The notes under the pieces were generated by a model. The model worked only from the letters and a program-made list of their open reading frames with translations. It searched no databases and was not told the DNA's origin. This document shows positions 9,798 through 19,377 of a DNA stretch of 64,000 nt, one piece after another. Numbering within the stretch: the first letter of the stretch is position 1; the number at the start of each line of letters is the position of its first letter. Made by a program: the position numbers and the translations under genes. The stretch is from an uncultured Acidobacteriota bacterium (lineage in GTDB: Bacteria; Acidobacteriota; UBA6911; RPQK01; JAPXNP01): positions 192,001 to 256,000 of the forward strand of contig CAVZRV010000008.1 of NCBI GenBank assembly GCA_963777605.1, in the 5' to 3' direction.

Positions 9798-11468
9798 TCA
9801 GCGGGCCAAACGAGCGGCCTGATCCGGAGTCAGGACCTGTCCGTCTGCAAGCAGTCGATCCCGAAGTTGCTCGTATTCGATCTCCTGTACACCCAGTTGC
9901 TCATCAATCGCCATTGCAGCGATCGTCGCAGCAGATTGGCCCAGGATCATAAAGACCGGCTCCATCCGAATGGATCCATACGCGATATGCGAGGAAGACA
10001 AGCAGACCGGAACGACCAGGTTCGTGCACTGGTCGGACTCTGGGACGAGGCTTCCGTAATCGATCTGATACTCCCCCGTCGGCACCCCAATGTCTCCTTC
10101 GTTTTGTACGAAGCCCTCGGGAGTCACATAACGCTGCACATTGTGCGAGTCCATGGTGTAAGAACCCATCCCAACTGGATCGGGCGTCGTGCGCTCGCCG
10201 AGGCAGTCTTTTTCAGTCATCACGTAACGACCAACCATGCGGCGAGCCTCCCTGATATAGAGTTGGTAAGGCCAGTTTCCATTGTCCTCAAATTCGTCTT
10301 TTGCCAATCCCCACCCCGACATGGGACTCCGAACGTCTTCAGGGACCCTGTCGTCATTGGCCAGGAAATACATGAGCCCTTTCTGGTAACGCTCATGCTC
10401 CGCCACGATCTCCTGACGTCTCGAATAGGATGCTTCGGGATAGTCGTAGTTCATCCCAATATTGTCGGTACTGAACGGTCCGTGGTTATTGGTGTCCGTC
10501 TTGAGGTTGGGGATTGGGTCGAACTTCTCGAAAACTTCCCGCCATCCCGAATTCAAGACCCGGAGCAGTAATTCGTATTGTGACGCGTCATATCCTTCTG
10601 GTCTTGGAAATGGTACGCGGTTCTCCGGAACCCGAGTCAGACACATCCGAAAGCAGTATGCCTGGATGCGGCGGTCGCCCTCACCATTTTCCCCGGGGTC
10701 TGCCGCACTGATCCTGGGAAGAAGTCCGCTTTTCGGATCCCCGGGGCGAACATACGGGTCGATCTGATTCTTGAAGTAGTGCCCGTGATGGCGTGCGTCC
10801 TTCTGTACCCCGTTCCACTTTTCTCCGTATGCCTGGTTCGATTCCCGCCCCACGTGGTAGTTGACGCCGGCCGCGGCCATCAGGTCCCCCTCGTAGGTAG
10901 CGTCGATAAAAGTCTTCCCGCTGAACCTTTTCCCGTTGAGCATTAATATCGAGACGATGCGGTTGCCTTCCATCTCGACGCCGTGCTCCCGGTCAAGCCA
11001 ATTTCCCCGGAAAACAGAGACACTGTTTTCGGCCACGAAGCCCTCGAAGACTGTTTCGGCGACATGGGGCTCGAAAATCCACATCGTCCTCTGAGCACCG
11101 TCAATAGCCGGCGTGCCCTGTCCCTTGTTCCCATAATCGGCCTGGCTTTGCCATCGCCACGCATCCGGGCTCGCATACTGTTGCCACACGCGTTGGTAGA
11201 ATTCCCGGGCGATTCCCCCGATGACCGCCTTGTTGCCGGTGTCGGTCCAGCCCAGTCCGCCACTGGTCATCCCTCCCAGATGGGACTCGGGACAGATCAA
11301 GACAACCGACTTTCCCATGCGCGCCGCCTGGACTGCGGCAATTACTCCGGCACTCGTTCCGCCGTAGACCACGACGTCATATTCAGCCGGTTCATCACTT
11401 TCGCGCCCGGGAGTTGTTCCACACCCAAATACCACTGCCAGCGCCAACAGAATTGCCAAATGTCTCAT
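9798..11468 (-). CDS. FAD-dependent oxidoreductase lipoprotein (FAD_oxidored family, often annotated xanthan-lyase-like)
   Basis: YDVVVYGGTSAG Rossmann motif, HLGGMTSGGLG, FIDATYEGDL, YIREARRM, SHIAYGSIRMEP; lipobox VVFGC. Confidence 0.88.
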   Translation of the reverse strand: MRHLAILLALAVVFGCGTTPGRESDEPAEYDVVVYGGTSAGVIAAVQAARMGKSVVLICPESHLGGMTSGGLGWTDTGNKAVIGGIAREFYQRVWQQYASPDAWRWQSQADYGNKGQGTPAIDGAQRTMWIFEPHVAETVFEGFVAENSVSVFRGNWLDREHGVEMEGNRIVSILMLNGKRFSGKTFIDATYEGDLMAAAGVNYHVGRESNQAYGEKWNGVQKDARHHGHYFKNQIDPYVRPGDPKSGLLPRISAADPGENGEGDRRIQAYCFRMCLTRVPENRVPFPRPEGYDASQYELLLRVLNSGWREVFEKFDPIPNLKTDTNNHGPFSTDNIGMNYDYPEASYSRRQEIVAEHERYQKGLMYFLANDDRVPEDVRSPMSGWGLAKDEFEDNGNWPYQLYIREARRMVGRYVMTEKDCLGERTTPDPVGMGSYTMDSHNVQRYVTPEGFVQNEGDIGVPTGEYQIDYGSLVPESDQCTNLVVPVCLSSSHIAYGSIRMEPVFMILGQSAATIAAMAIDEQLGVQEIEYEQLRDRLLADGQVLTPDQAARLAR

Positions 11469-11640
11469 ATGTTTTTCTCTTTGAGTATCTAACCGGCAGC
11501 TCATGTTGGCAAGGTGCTCCGGCTGCCCGAGGCGATCAGCATGCAGCGAACCCGGTCCACACATCGCGCCTCTCTCGAAATGCCGACGCCGGGATAAAAG
11601 GGGGGATGCGGAATACGAGTCTGTCCCTTATTCTCTAGCT

Positions 11641-13374
11641 ATGAGCAAGAGGATTCACTGGCTGGGATGGATTTATTTCCTGGTGAGTCTGGGATCGGGT
11701 TGTGGAACCCCCGTTGATCGCCCCAACATCGTCCTCATCATGACCGATGATCAGGGCTATGGAGACGTCGGCTTCCACGGCAATCCACGGGTCCGAACGC
11801 CCAATCTCGACCGGTTTGCCGACCAGTCGCTCGAGATGACTCATTTCTACGTATCGCCCGTCTGCGCCCCCACCCGGGCCAGCCTGATGACCGGTCGTTA
11901 CAATTATCGGACGGGAGTTGTGGACACCTATCTGGGACGTGCCATGATGCGGGCGGACGAGGTGACCATCGCGGAAGCTCTCCGATCTGGAGGTTACCGG
12001 ACCGGGATTTTCGGCAAGTGGCATCTGGGGGATAATTACCCGCTGAGAGCGATGGATCAGGGATTCGACGAGAGCCTGGTCCACCGGGGAGGAGGGATCG
12101 GGCAACCGGCGGACCCGCCCGGCAACCGATATCTCGATCCCGTTCTCCTGCATAACGGCAAGGAATTTCAGGGGAAGGGATACTGCACCGATATCTTCTT
12201 CGAAGCGGCCAGGCGATTCATCGAGCAGAACCAGTCGTCCCCCTTCTTCGTCTATCTCCCGACCAACGCTCCGCACACTCCGCTCCAGGTGCCCGACGAG
12301 TACAGTGCACCTTATCTTCGTGACGGTCTCGACGAAGACACTGCGCGTGTCTACGGGATGGTGACCAACATCGACGACAACGTGGGAAGATTCCTCTCAT
12401 TCCTCGAGAAGACAGGCCTGGACGAAAAGACGATCGTCATCTTCATGACTGACAACGGGCCACAGCAGGATCGCTACCGCGATGGTCTGCACGGCCTGAA
12501 GGCGTCTGTGTACGAAGGGGGCATCCGCGTTCCGTTCCTGGTTCGCTGGCCAGGCAAGGTAACGGCGGCGAGGAAGGTCGAAACACCGGCAGCTCACATC
12601 GACATACTCCCGACACTGCTCGAAGTCGTCGGCGTCCCCCTGCCGGAAGGGCGCAAGATCGACGGCACCAGTCTGTTGGCGGTCTGGGAAGACGCCGGCG
12701 TGACGTTGCCCGAACGCCTGCTCTTCTTCCAATCTCACCGGGGAGATGTGCCCGACCTGGGTCGATGCTGTGCCGTTCGGGGGCCGCGCTACAAACTGGT
12801 CCAGGCCAGGGGTTGGAGCCCGGGCCCGCCACCTTCCGATCCGTCATGGGAATTGTTCGACCTGGTTTCGGATCCGGGTGAAACCAAAGACGTCGCGAAA
12901 GAACGGCCGGAACTCGTGGAGACGATGCACCAGAGCTACGTTGGCTGGTTCGAGGATGTCTCCCAAGATGGCTACAGGCCGCCCCGCCCCGTGGTCGGCA
13001 CCGAACATGAGAACCCGGTCACTCTGACCCGCCAGGACTGGCGCGGACCCGACGCCAACTGGAGTGAGACCGGAAACGGCTACTGGGACATCACCATTGC
13101 GACCGAGAGCGACTACGAAATCACCCTGGATTTTCCCGCTCTCGACTCTCCTGGATCTGCCCGACTCCAGATCGGCGCGGAATCCTGGGCCGCAGAGGTA
13201 CCTTCAGGTGAGGTGTCGGCAACGTTCACGGCTGCGCACCTCGTCCCGGGGGATTTCCGCCTCTGGGCAATGATCTCCAAGTCCGGGCAACGGAACCGGG
13301 GCGCCCATTACGTGCACCTTCGCCGAGTCGCGGACGCTACCGGTTCAGGAGCCTCTCCGCCCGAATCCCGCTGA
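11641..13374 (+). CDS. Arylsulfatase (formylglycine-dependent, S1), probable lipoprotein
   Basis: PNIVLIMTDDQG, CAPTRASLMTG (CxPxR), GYRTGIFGKWHLG, NAPH, MTDNG, YEGGIRVP; signal peptide ending LGSGC. Confidence 0.93.
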   Translation: MSKRIHWLGWIYFLVSLGSGCGTPVDRPNIVLIMTDDQGYGDVGFHGNPRVRTPNLDRFADQSLEMTHFYVSPVCAPTRASLMTGRYNYRTGVVDTYLGRAMMRADEVTIAEALRSGGYRTGIFGKWHLGDNYPLRAMDQGFDESLVHRGGGIGQPADPPGNRYLDPVLLHNGKEFQGKGYCTDIFFEAARRFIEQNQSSPFFVYLPTNAPHTPLQVPDEYSAPYLRDGLDEDTARVYGMVTNIDDNVGRFLSFLEKTGLDEKTIVIFMTDNGPQQDRYRDGLHGLKASVYEGGIRVPFLVRWPGKVTAARKVETPAAHIDILPTLLEVVGVPLPEGRKIDGTSLLAVWEDAGVTLPERLLFFQSHRGDVPDLGRCCAVRGPRYKLVQARGWSPGPPPSDPSWELFDLVSDPGETKDVAKERPELVETMHQSYVGWFEDVSQDGYRPPRPVVGTEHENPVTLTRQDWRGPDANWSETGNGYWDITIATESDYEITLDFPALDSPGSARLQIGAESWAAEVPSGEVSATFTAAHLVPGDFRLWAMISKSGQRNRGAHYVHLRRVADATGSGASPPESR

Positions 13375-16300
13375 TCGCATCGGTGGCCCGGATTGTCCAC
13401 GTTCCCGGTGAATCATTGAGTGCGAACGGGATTTCGAGATGGCCGACCCCGTTGACCAGGTCGACGTTCTTCGAATAGTAAGGAATCGGCTGCCCGGACG
13501 GAGAAATCACCTCGACCTGAATTACCGAACGGTCAACGGGTTGGCCGGCCTCGTCCTTGAGCCTGAGTTCGAGATTGTCGGAGATCTGCAGAGAATCGAT
13601 CCTCGACGGCCGTTCCAGGATCAGGGCGGGCCGGGAGGGATCGATTTCGATCGTGGGCCCGAAAGTGCCTTGAGTCCAGAGGTCGTATCGCACCCGATCG
13701 GTCGACGGCAGCGTGAGGGTTGTCGCTGATTCCGGCAAGAGGCCGATCAACTTCGAAGTCCCGAAGTTTCTCACCGTGGTGAGGTGATCGCCTGAAATCC
13801 CGAGCGCTCGGGGAATGCCCAGGTCAGTCGGGCCGGAATTCCGGAAACCTGCCGGGGGATCCTGCCAGAGCTGTTTCGTTCGCCAGCGGCACTTCTCGTT
13901 CATTCGCCCCGTCTGCTCGTCGATGTATACCATGCCGCCAGACGCCGCAAACTCTTCGATCTCAGTAACTTCCTTGTCCGAGAGTGCGATCGAGTAAGGG
14001 AGGATGAGGACCTTGTAATTTCGAAGGTCCCCAGCCTCAATCTGGGGGCTTGCCAAAAAACGGAACTGGACTCCCTGTTTCTCCAGTTCCTTCACCCAGA
14101 GATTCCTCCGTTGCATCAACTCCCGGAAGTTCTGCGACGTCCGTTGGGCCGAAGCAACCCCTTCCTCGATGGTGCCGTCGGTAATCCAGGCTCCCCGAAT
14201 CGACGCCATCGAAAAATGGATCGCCACGCCGTCCTCGGCGACCCCTGAATTCATGAAGATCCGCCCGACGCCCGACTGCATCTTCCCGAAGGCCCTGGAG
14301 AGACCTTCCCCCTGTTCACTCAGTGTGAGGTCGGGGTTCATCAAGGTGTAATGCCAGAATATCGAAGCCCCGGAGTGGCCGTAAAAGAGCCTTCTCCAGA
14401 CCTCCTGCTGGACGTCGTGGGTGCGGCCGTACCCGGTGAAGCCGGTCAGCCGGAGATTCGGATTGAAGAGGTAGTGCATCGCATCCTGGTTGCCGCCCGA
14501 ATAGGGTTGCAGGTAGTCAGCGATCTGATCGATTTCGTACCAGTTGCAGCCGTTGTGGGGAGTCGGTATCTGGGTACCCGAAAAGGAAGCCCGGGCTCCG
14601 GGATCGATTTCGTGGGCGAGTTTCCCGGCATCCCGTATTCTCTGGACGAAAGCCTCCTCCATGAACACGCGATGGTCCGACCAGGGAGCGAAGTTGCCAT
14701 GCTCCTGGGCCTGCTTCGTGGTCATGGGAAGCACCTGATCCCAAGACTCGAACCGGGTAGACCAGTTCTCGTTGAGGTTGGCCACGGTGCCGTAGCGGGT
14801 TTTCAGCCAGGCTCGAAAGGCTGTCAAGTCGGCCGAGGACCAATCCACGTCAAATGCGTCGGCGTAGCATGTCACCGAAGACTCGTCGGCAAGGTAGTAG
14901 GCGAAGGGTTCGAGGGGAACCATGTCTCCGACTCGCTCTTCGAATCGATCTCTCATGTCACGCTCCAGGTTCGGGGCATGGAGCGAGATATTGCGGGTCA
15001 CGAAGGAGGTATCACCGGTTTCGAGAAACCTGGCTTTCCTTTCCACATAGGACTCCCGATTGTACCAGTAGATCCCGAAAACCGGCTCGTGAACGCTGGC
15101 AATGATCCTAAAGTTCCTTTCCGGGTCCTCCAACGTCGTGACCCCGATCTTTCGGAGTTGGGCGTCAAGTGCCGGAATCCAGGGCTGGTAGGAGTTGGGT
15201 CCGTACCAGGGAAGAATCACTTCGTAGTCGTTCCATTCCCGGGAGAAGGCGGCAAACCGGACCTGTTCCGTGACCTCCGCTGTCCCCACTCTGACCCTCA
15301 GGAAGCCGCCATGGGTCAAAGGGGGTGATTTCAGCGGCAACGTTGCCTGCCGAGATCCGGCCTGGTCGGTCTTCGCTCGACCCAACAGGCGTCCGAATCC
15401 GTCTTCTACCGTTATCTCTGCCGGCCCGGTCGCATCAAAGCGTACCTTTACGCTTTCTCCGGCGTGCATGACCCGGGGTTCAATGCTCTCGATCCGGGCC
15501 GAGTTTGGTTGGGAAATGTTGATTGCGCTGATCTCCCAGTCCGCCGATCCATGCTGTTCCAGGAAGTAGCGCCCGGGAGGCAGGTCGCCGAAGGAGTCGG
15601 CGGGACCGGTTCCTTCCGAGACGATTACGCCCTTCTCACTTCTGAGAAGCCAACGTTCCCATCGCTGGCGGGCGACCGGTTCCGGTTCCCGACCGGCCGC
15701 ATACATAATGGACCTGCCCAGCATGGCGTAGAAGTACTCCCAGTAAACATCGACAGGCTGGCCGAGTGCCCGCATCGGCATTCGCCAACTGAGGCCGATG
15801 TTCCGGAATCCGAATGCCACCACAGTTCCCTTTCCGAATTTCCGGGTTGCCAGGACCGGCGAGCCCGATCCCGTGATGACCAGCGCCTTCGAGTCGGGAG
15901 CGAGGCGGTACTTGTAGTCCTCGAGCAGGTCGAACGGGAAACTCTCGATCGGAATCGCCCGAGTCAGGTAGTGGTCTTCCACAGTGCTCCAGGAGGACGA
16001 CTCGAATTCGGGTTCCATCGGCTCGTAGGGTTGGGGTGGCACTTTGACCGGGACCGCGGGAACCAGAGGCGACAATTCTGATTCGAACGGGCGGATCAGC
16101 ACGAGGCCGCACCCTTCCTTCACCCGGTCGATGAGCGCCTGTCGGCTCCTCGGGCTGAGTGCTTCCCAGCCGTGATGAAGCGGAAGGAGAATGACGTCGA
16201 ACTGCTTGTCACTGGTCAACTCCTGTTCGAGGTAGCCGTAGATCAAGTTCAGGTCGCCCTGTTCGGCCCGGGCACCATAGTCTTTGCCAAACGCCATCGT

Positions 16301-16624
16301 CCACTTGTTGATATCCCAGGCCGGGTCAATACTCACGGTGGTCAGGTCCAGTTCGAACCGTTCCGCGAGCTCGACCAGGGTACGTCCCTCCTGGACGCTG
16401 GGAACGGCCAGGAGCCGAATCGGCCCCCCGGGCATTGGCTTCGCCCAAACCACATGAGGGGTCTCAATTTGAAGCGTGTAGGGCTCTTCAAATCGTCTTC
16501 CGGTCCCTTCTCTCTGCCCCATGCCCACGTCCTGAGCGAGGAGCGGCGCAGGCACAAGCAGGAGGACCGCAAGCACTGACAATAGAGACAAGATCAGTTC
16601 GTTGGAAAAGGTTTTGCGGTGCAT
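13337..16624 (-). CDS. Large secreted GH42-like beta-galactosidase-family protein with GATase-like trimerization domain
   Basis: Signal peptide; FRAWLKTRYGTVANLNENWSTRFESWDQV typical of GH42-like catalytic regions; YKVLILPYSIALSD...IEEFAASGG trimerization domain; C-terminal IPFALNDSPGTWTIRATD beta-sandwich; GGAGG upstream of ATG 16624. Confidence 0.7.
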   Translation of the reverse strand: MHRKTFSNELILSLLSVLAVLLLVPAPLLAQDVGMGQREGTGRRFEEPYTLQIETPHVVWAKPMPGGPIRLLAVPSVQEGRTLVELAERFELDLTTVSIDPAWDINKWTMAFGKDYGARAEQGDLNLIYGYLEQELTSDKQFDVILLPLHHGWEALSPRSRQALIDRVKEGCGLVLIRPFESELSPLVPAVPVKVPPQPYEPMEPEFESSSWSTVEDHYLTRAIPIESFPFDLLEDYKYRLAPDSKALVITGSGSPVLATRKFGKGTVVAFGFRNIGLSWRMPMRALGQPVDVYWEYFYAMLGRSIMYAAGREPEPVARQRWERWLLRSEKGVIVSEGTGPADSFGDLPPGRYFLEQHGSADWEISAINISQPNSARIESIEPRVMHAGESVKVRFDATGPAEITVEDGFGRLLGRAKTDQAGSRQATLPLKSPPLTHGGFLRVRVGTAEVTEQVRFAAFSREWNDYEVILPWYGPNSYQPWIPALDAQLRKIGVTTLEDPERNFRIIASVHEPVFGIYWYNRESYVERKARFLETGDTSFVTRNISLHAPNLERDMRDRFEERVGDMVPLEPFAYYLADESSVTCYADAFDVDWSSADLTAFRAWLKTRYGTVANLNENWSTRFESWDQVLPMTTKQAQEHGNFAPWSDHRVFMEEAFVQRIRDAGKLAHEIDPGARASFSGTQIPTPHNGCNWYEIDQIADYLQPYSGGNQDAMHYLFNPNLRLTGFTGYGRTHDVQQEVWRRLFYGHSGASIFWHYTLMNPDLTLSEQGEGLSRAFGKMQSGVGRIFMNSGVAEDGVAIHFSMASIRGAWITDGTIEEGVASAQRTSQNFRELMQRRNLWVKELEKQGVQFRFLASPQIEAGDLRNYKVLILPYSIALSDKEVTEIEEFAASGGMVYIDEQTGRMNEKCRWRTKQLWQDPPAGFRNSGPTDLGIPRALGISGDHLTTVRNFGTSKLIGLLPESATTLTLPSTDRVRYDLWTQGTFGPTIEIDPSRPALILERPSRIDSLQISDNLELRLKDEAGQPVDRSVIQVEVISPSGQPIPYYSKNVDLVNGVGHLEIPFALNDSPGTWTIRATDAISGIRAERLLNR

Positions 16625-16681
16625 TACCCTCCATTCTCTGACAGGGTGACGGAAATGGATAGGTGTGTTAGTTTCTTGCCT

Positions 16682-16921
16682 ATGACGAGTTGCAGAATCG
16701 AATGCGACCGGTGTGGCCGCGAGTTTGATTCCCCACTTCAATTCGAAGACGAGCAGTCCTTCCTTGAATCTTCGCTCGTAGGCACCATGGTGCCCTGCGA
16801 CAAGTGCGGGCTGCTGAGTAACTGCAGCCCCAAGAACATGATCTTCGTCGGGGCCGAGCAGGACGAGGCAGAAGTAGAGGAGTCTGACGACTGGCAGAAC
16901 TACGCCGGACGTGATTTCTAG
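16682..16921 (+). CDS. Small zinc-ribbon protein with acidic tail (hypothetical)
   Basis: CDRC...CDKC pairs plus additional Cys; promoter-like GTGACG-N17-TAGTTT ends 7 nt before the ATG; GC-rich hairpin follows the stop. Confidence 0.65.
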   Translation: MTSCRIECDRCGREFDSPLQFEDEQSFLESSLVGTMVPCDKCGLLSNCSPKNMIFVGAEQDEAEVEESDDWQNYAGRDF

Positions 16922-16984
16922 ATCGACCCCCCGGTTTGAGCGGCCGGGGCCGGATTACCGATCGACCTGGGTTGCCTGTCGTAC

Positions 16985-19237
16985 TCACCTGGTTTGGCGG
17001 GTGGCTTCCTGAAATTTTGTCTGGGCGAGTGCTCCGTAAACATCCTGAAAGGAACGTTCGGGAGCGCGATCCACGATTACCAGTTCGTCCGTGGCATCGA
17101 AAAGGCTGTACGCCGACTTGGCGAGCCCATACTCTTTCTTCACCTGGCCCGAGAGAATCGGGTGCCCGAGTCGATCGACCGTGCTGGAAAGGATGAGCTG
17201 TCTTGGTGCGAGGGCTGCCGCGAGTTCGGGAAGGTCGAATCCTTGGAGACCGCCGTTGATCACGTTGTCCAGTTGGCCCCTGTGAAAGGTCCCGTCAACT
17301 ACATCCTGCCAGGAAATTACCCCGCCTTCGATGAGCACCTGGGATATCCTGTCGTCCAGGACGGCGGCGTGAAGAAGGGGAACCGACGCGGAACCTTTCG
17401 CAACCGCCAGAACGCCTTTCGCCGACCCCGGGGTAAGAGCTTCCAGAAGATCGACGGATCGCATGATGTCGACTGCACGCATGCCGGCCAGGGGACGGTT
17501 GACAAGAAGTGCTTTCATGGCAATCACGTAGTCGGGAGAGAACCAGGCCGTGAAGCGCTCATTCCGATCGCCACCGCGTGCCGTTTCGCCTTTGCCTCTA
17601 AGGTCGGGGACAAGAACGACATTCCCACCTTCGACGAGGGAGCGAACGTCGGTTCCCAGATCCTGACTCTTTGATTGGTCCGGAAGATAGAGCACGGACC
17701 GTCCGGTCGAAGGCATTGCCGAATCGGGCCGGGCCAGAAGGACCGGCAGGGTAATTCCAGGTTCGACGTCGAAGGTGAGCATCTGAACATGCATCCCATC
17801 GAGGGAAGAACTCCCGTAGTCCTGGATGTTGAGGGCGGTCGGAACAGGATTGTATACTGCTCTCTCGCGAATCTCTGAAATCAGGTGTTCCCGGAACCGC
17901 CTGAAGGCGGTTGTGTCCTGGAGCCTGGTCGGCGTTGATCGGAGTGTTCGCGAGTATGCTGCATTGAGCGAATTGATGGTTTCAGCGCGGGGAAACTCGG
18001 TGGAAACCTGGCCTGATTCCGTTACTTGGAGAACCTGGTCGGGTTCCGGGTTGAGGGGCTCCTCATCCCAGGGTCCCGACAGCCCAAGCAGGTGTTTCCC
18101 CAGCCAACGATAGGCGGCTTCCCGTCTCGGCCGGGTGTAGCCATGTTGGTCGTCTGCCTCGAACTGTTCAAGGTTCTCGGACCGGCCCAGCACTTCATAG
18201 ATCCGCCGCCCTTCCGCCACCGAAGCCCGGGCACCGAGAATGGGGAAGAAATCCCGGATCGCCGTGTTGACCAGGTAAGGTTTAGGGGCGAACGCAAAGA
18301 TGAAATCCGAGAAATCGAGCCCCTCGGCAATGAAGGGAACCAGGCACTGTTCGGAGTCCTGCGGACCTATGGTCGTCCAGAGTCGGTCCCAGCGGGTGAT
18401 GTAGCAACTCGGGACGGCGACCTTGACGCGGTCATCGACCGCGGCGATGTAGGCCGTTAGCGTACCTCCGCCTGAGTTGCCGGTGGCACCGATCCGCTCG
18501 GGATCGACTTCGGGTCGGCTGACCAGGTAGTCAATCCCCCGAATGCCGTCCCACACAAAGTAGTTGGCCACATTAGATCCGGTCAGCAGACACTGGACTC
18601 CGGCCATCGTGTGCTCAATCGTCGTCGGCCACTCGGGCTCGAGCTCAGACTCACCGAGCTTCGGGTCGTAGTAGAGGAATCGCTCGCCCTGTCCGGGAGG
18701 ATCGTAGACGAGGACGACAAACCCGAGCCGGGCAAGGCCCGCGAAGACACGCTGGTAGACGGTCGACGCTTTCCCGTTATTGGAGTGCCCGCAGGAACCC
18801 AGGATCGCCGGGAACGGCCCCTTTCCGGAACCGGTCGGGAGGTACAGGTTTGCCGTCACATAGTTTCCGGGACGACTCTCGTAGATCACGTTTTCGACCC
18901 GATAGCCCTTTCGTTCGAAGCTTCCCGTGACGTGAGGATTCAAAGGGGACTTGGGAGGAAAGGGTCCCAGCATCCGAAGCATTTTCTGGCGGATTTCGGC
19001 CTGCCGTGCCTCCACCTGGTCCGGTCCCGTCATCGCTGTGAGCCGGTCGGCCCGGGACTTCCAGAACTGCTCGGCGATCCCGGTCAGATAACGGTCGAGC
19101 ATCTCGGACGCCAGCCGAGTCTCAGCCTCGGAACGGTAGACATTCAGGCTCTGTCCCAGCGCTCCCCCCTCAACGAGAAACAGCACCAGGGCCAGGAAGT
19201 GAAGGGGATTCACACGAAAACGTGATTGCACGGCCAT
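16985..19237 (-). CDS. Secreted acetylxylan-esterase-like alpha/beta hydrolase with two hydrolase-like halves
   Basis: YRVENVIYESRPG, PFPAILGSCGH, YDPPGQGER, WDGIRGIDYL, nucleophile GNSGGG, HGY; degenerate second half (PDLRGKGE, DLPELAAALAPR). Confidence 0.85.
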   Translation of the reverse strand: MAVQSRFRVNPLHFLALVLFLVEGGALGQSLNVYRSEAETRLASEMLDRYLTGIAEQFWKSRADRLTAMTGPDQVEARQAEIRQKMLRMLGPFPPKSPLNPHVTGSFERKGYRVENVIYESRPGNYVTANLYLPTGSGKGPFPAILGSCGHSNNGKASTVYQRVFAGLARLGFVVLVYDPPGQGERFLYYDPKLGESELEPEWPTTIEHTMAGVQCLLTGSNVANYFVWDGIRGIDYLVSRPEVDPERIGATGNSGGGTLTAYIAAVDDRVKVAVPSCYITRWDRLWTTIGPQDSEQCLVPFIAEGLDFSDFIFAFAPKPYLVNTAIRDFFPILGARASVAEGRRIYEVLGRSENLEQFEADDQHGYTRPRREAAYRWLGKHLLGLSGPWDEEPLNPEPDQVLQVTESGQVSTEFPRAETINSLNAAYSRTLRSTPTRLQDTTAFRRFREHLISEIRERAVYNPVPTALNIQDYGSSSLDGMHVQMLTFDVEPGITLPVLLARPDSAMPSTGRSVLYLPDQSKSQDLGTDVRSLVEGGNVVLVPDLRGKGETARGGDRNERFTAWFSPDYVIAMKALLVNRPLAGMRAVDIMRSVDLLEALTPGSAKGVLAVAKGSASVPLLHAAVLDDRISQVLIEGGVISWQDVVDGTFHRGQLDNVINGGLQGFDLPELAAALAPRQLILSSTVDRLGHPILSGQVKKEYGLAKSAYSLFDATDELVIVDRAPERSFQDVYGALAQTKFQEATRQTR

Positions 19238-19377
19238 TTCGATCCTCCCAAATTCGCAGACGGGCCAGAACAGAGTCCGTCTGGGAGCAGGATACAGAAA
19301 ACTGGCGACAGGGGACAGGAAACCGGAAACTGCCCCCTACACATCCCACTCCCGAGAACCTAGAATCAACAGTTGCG

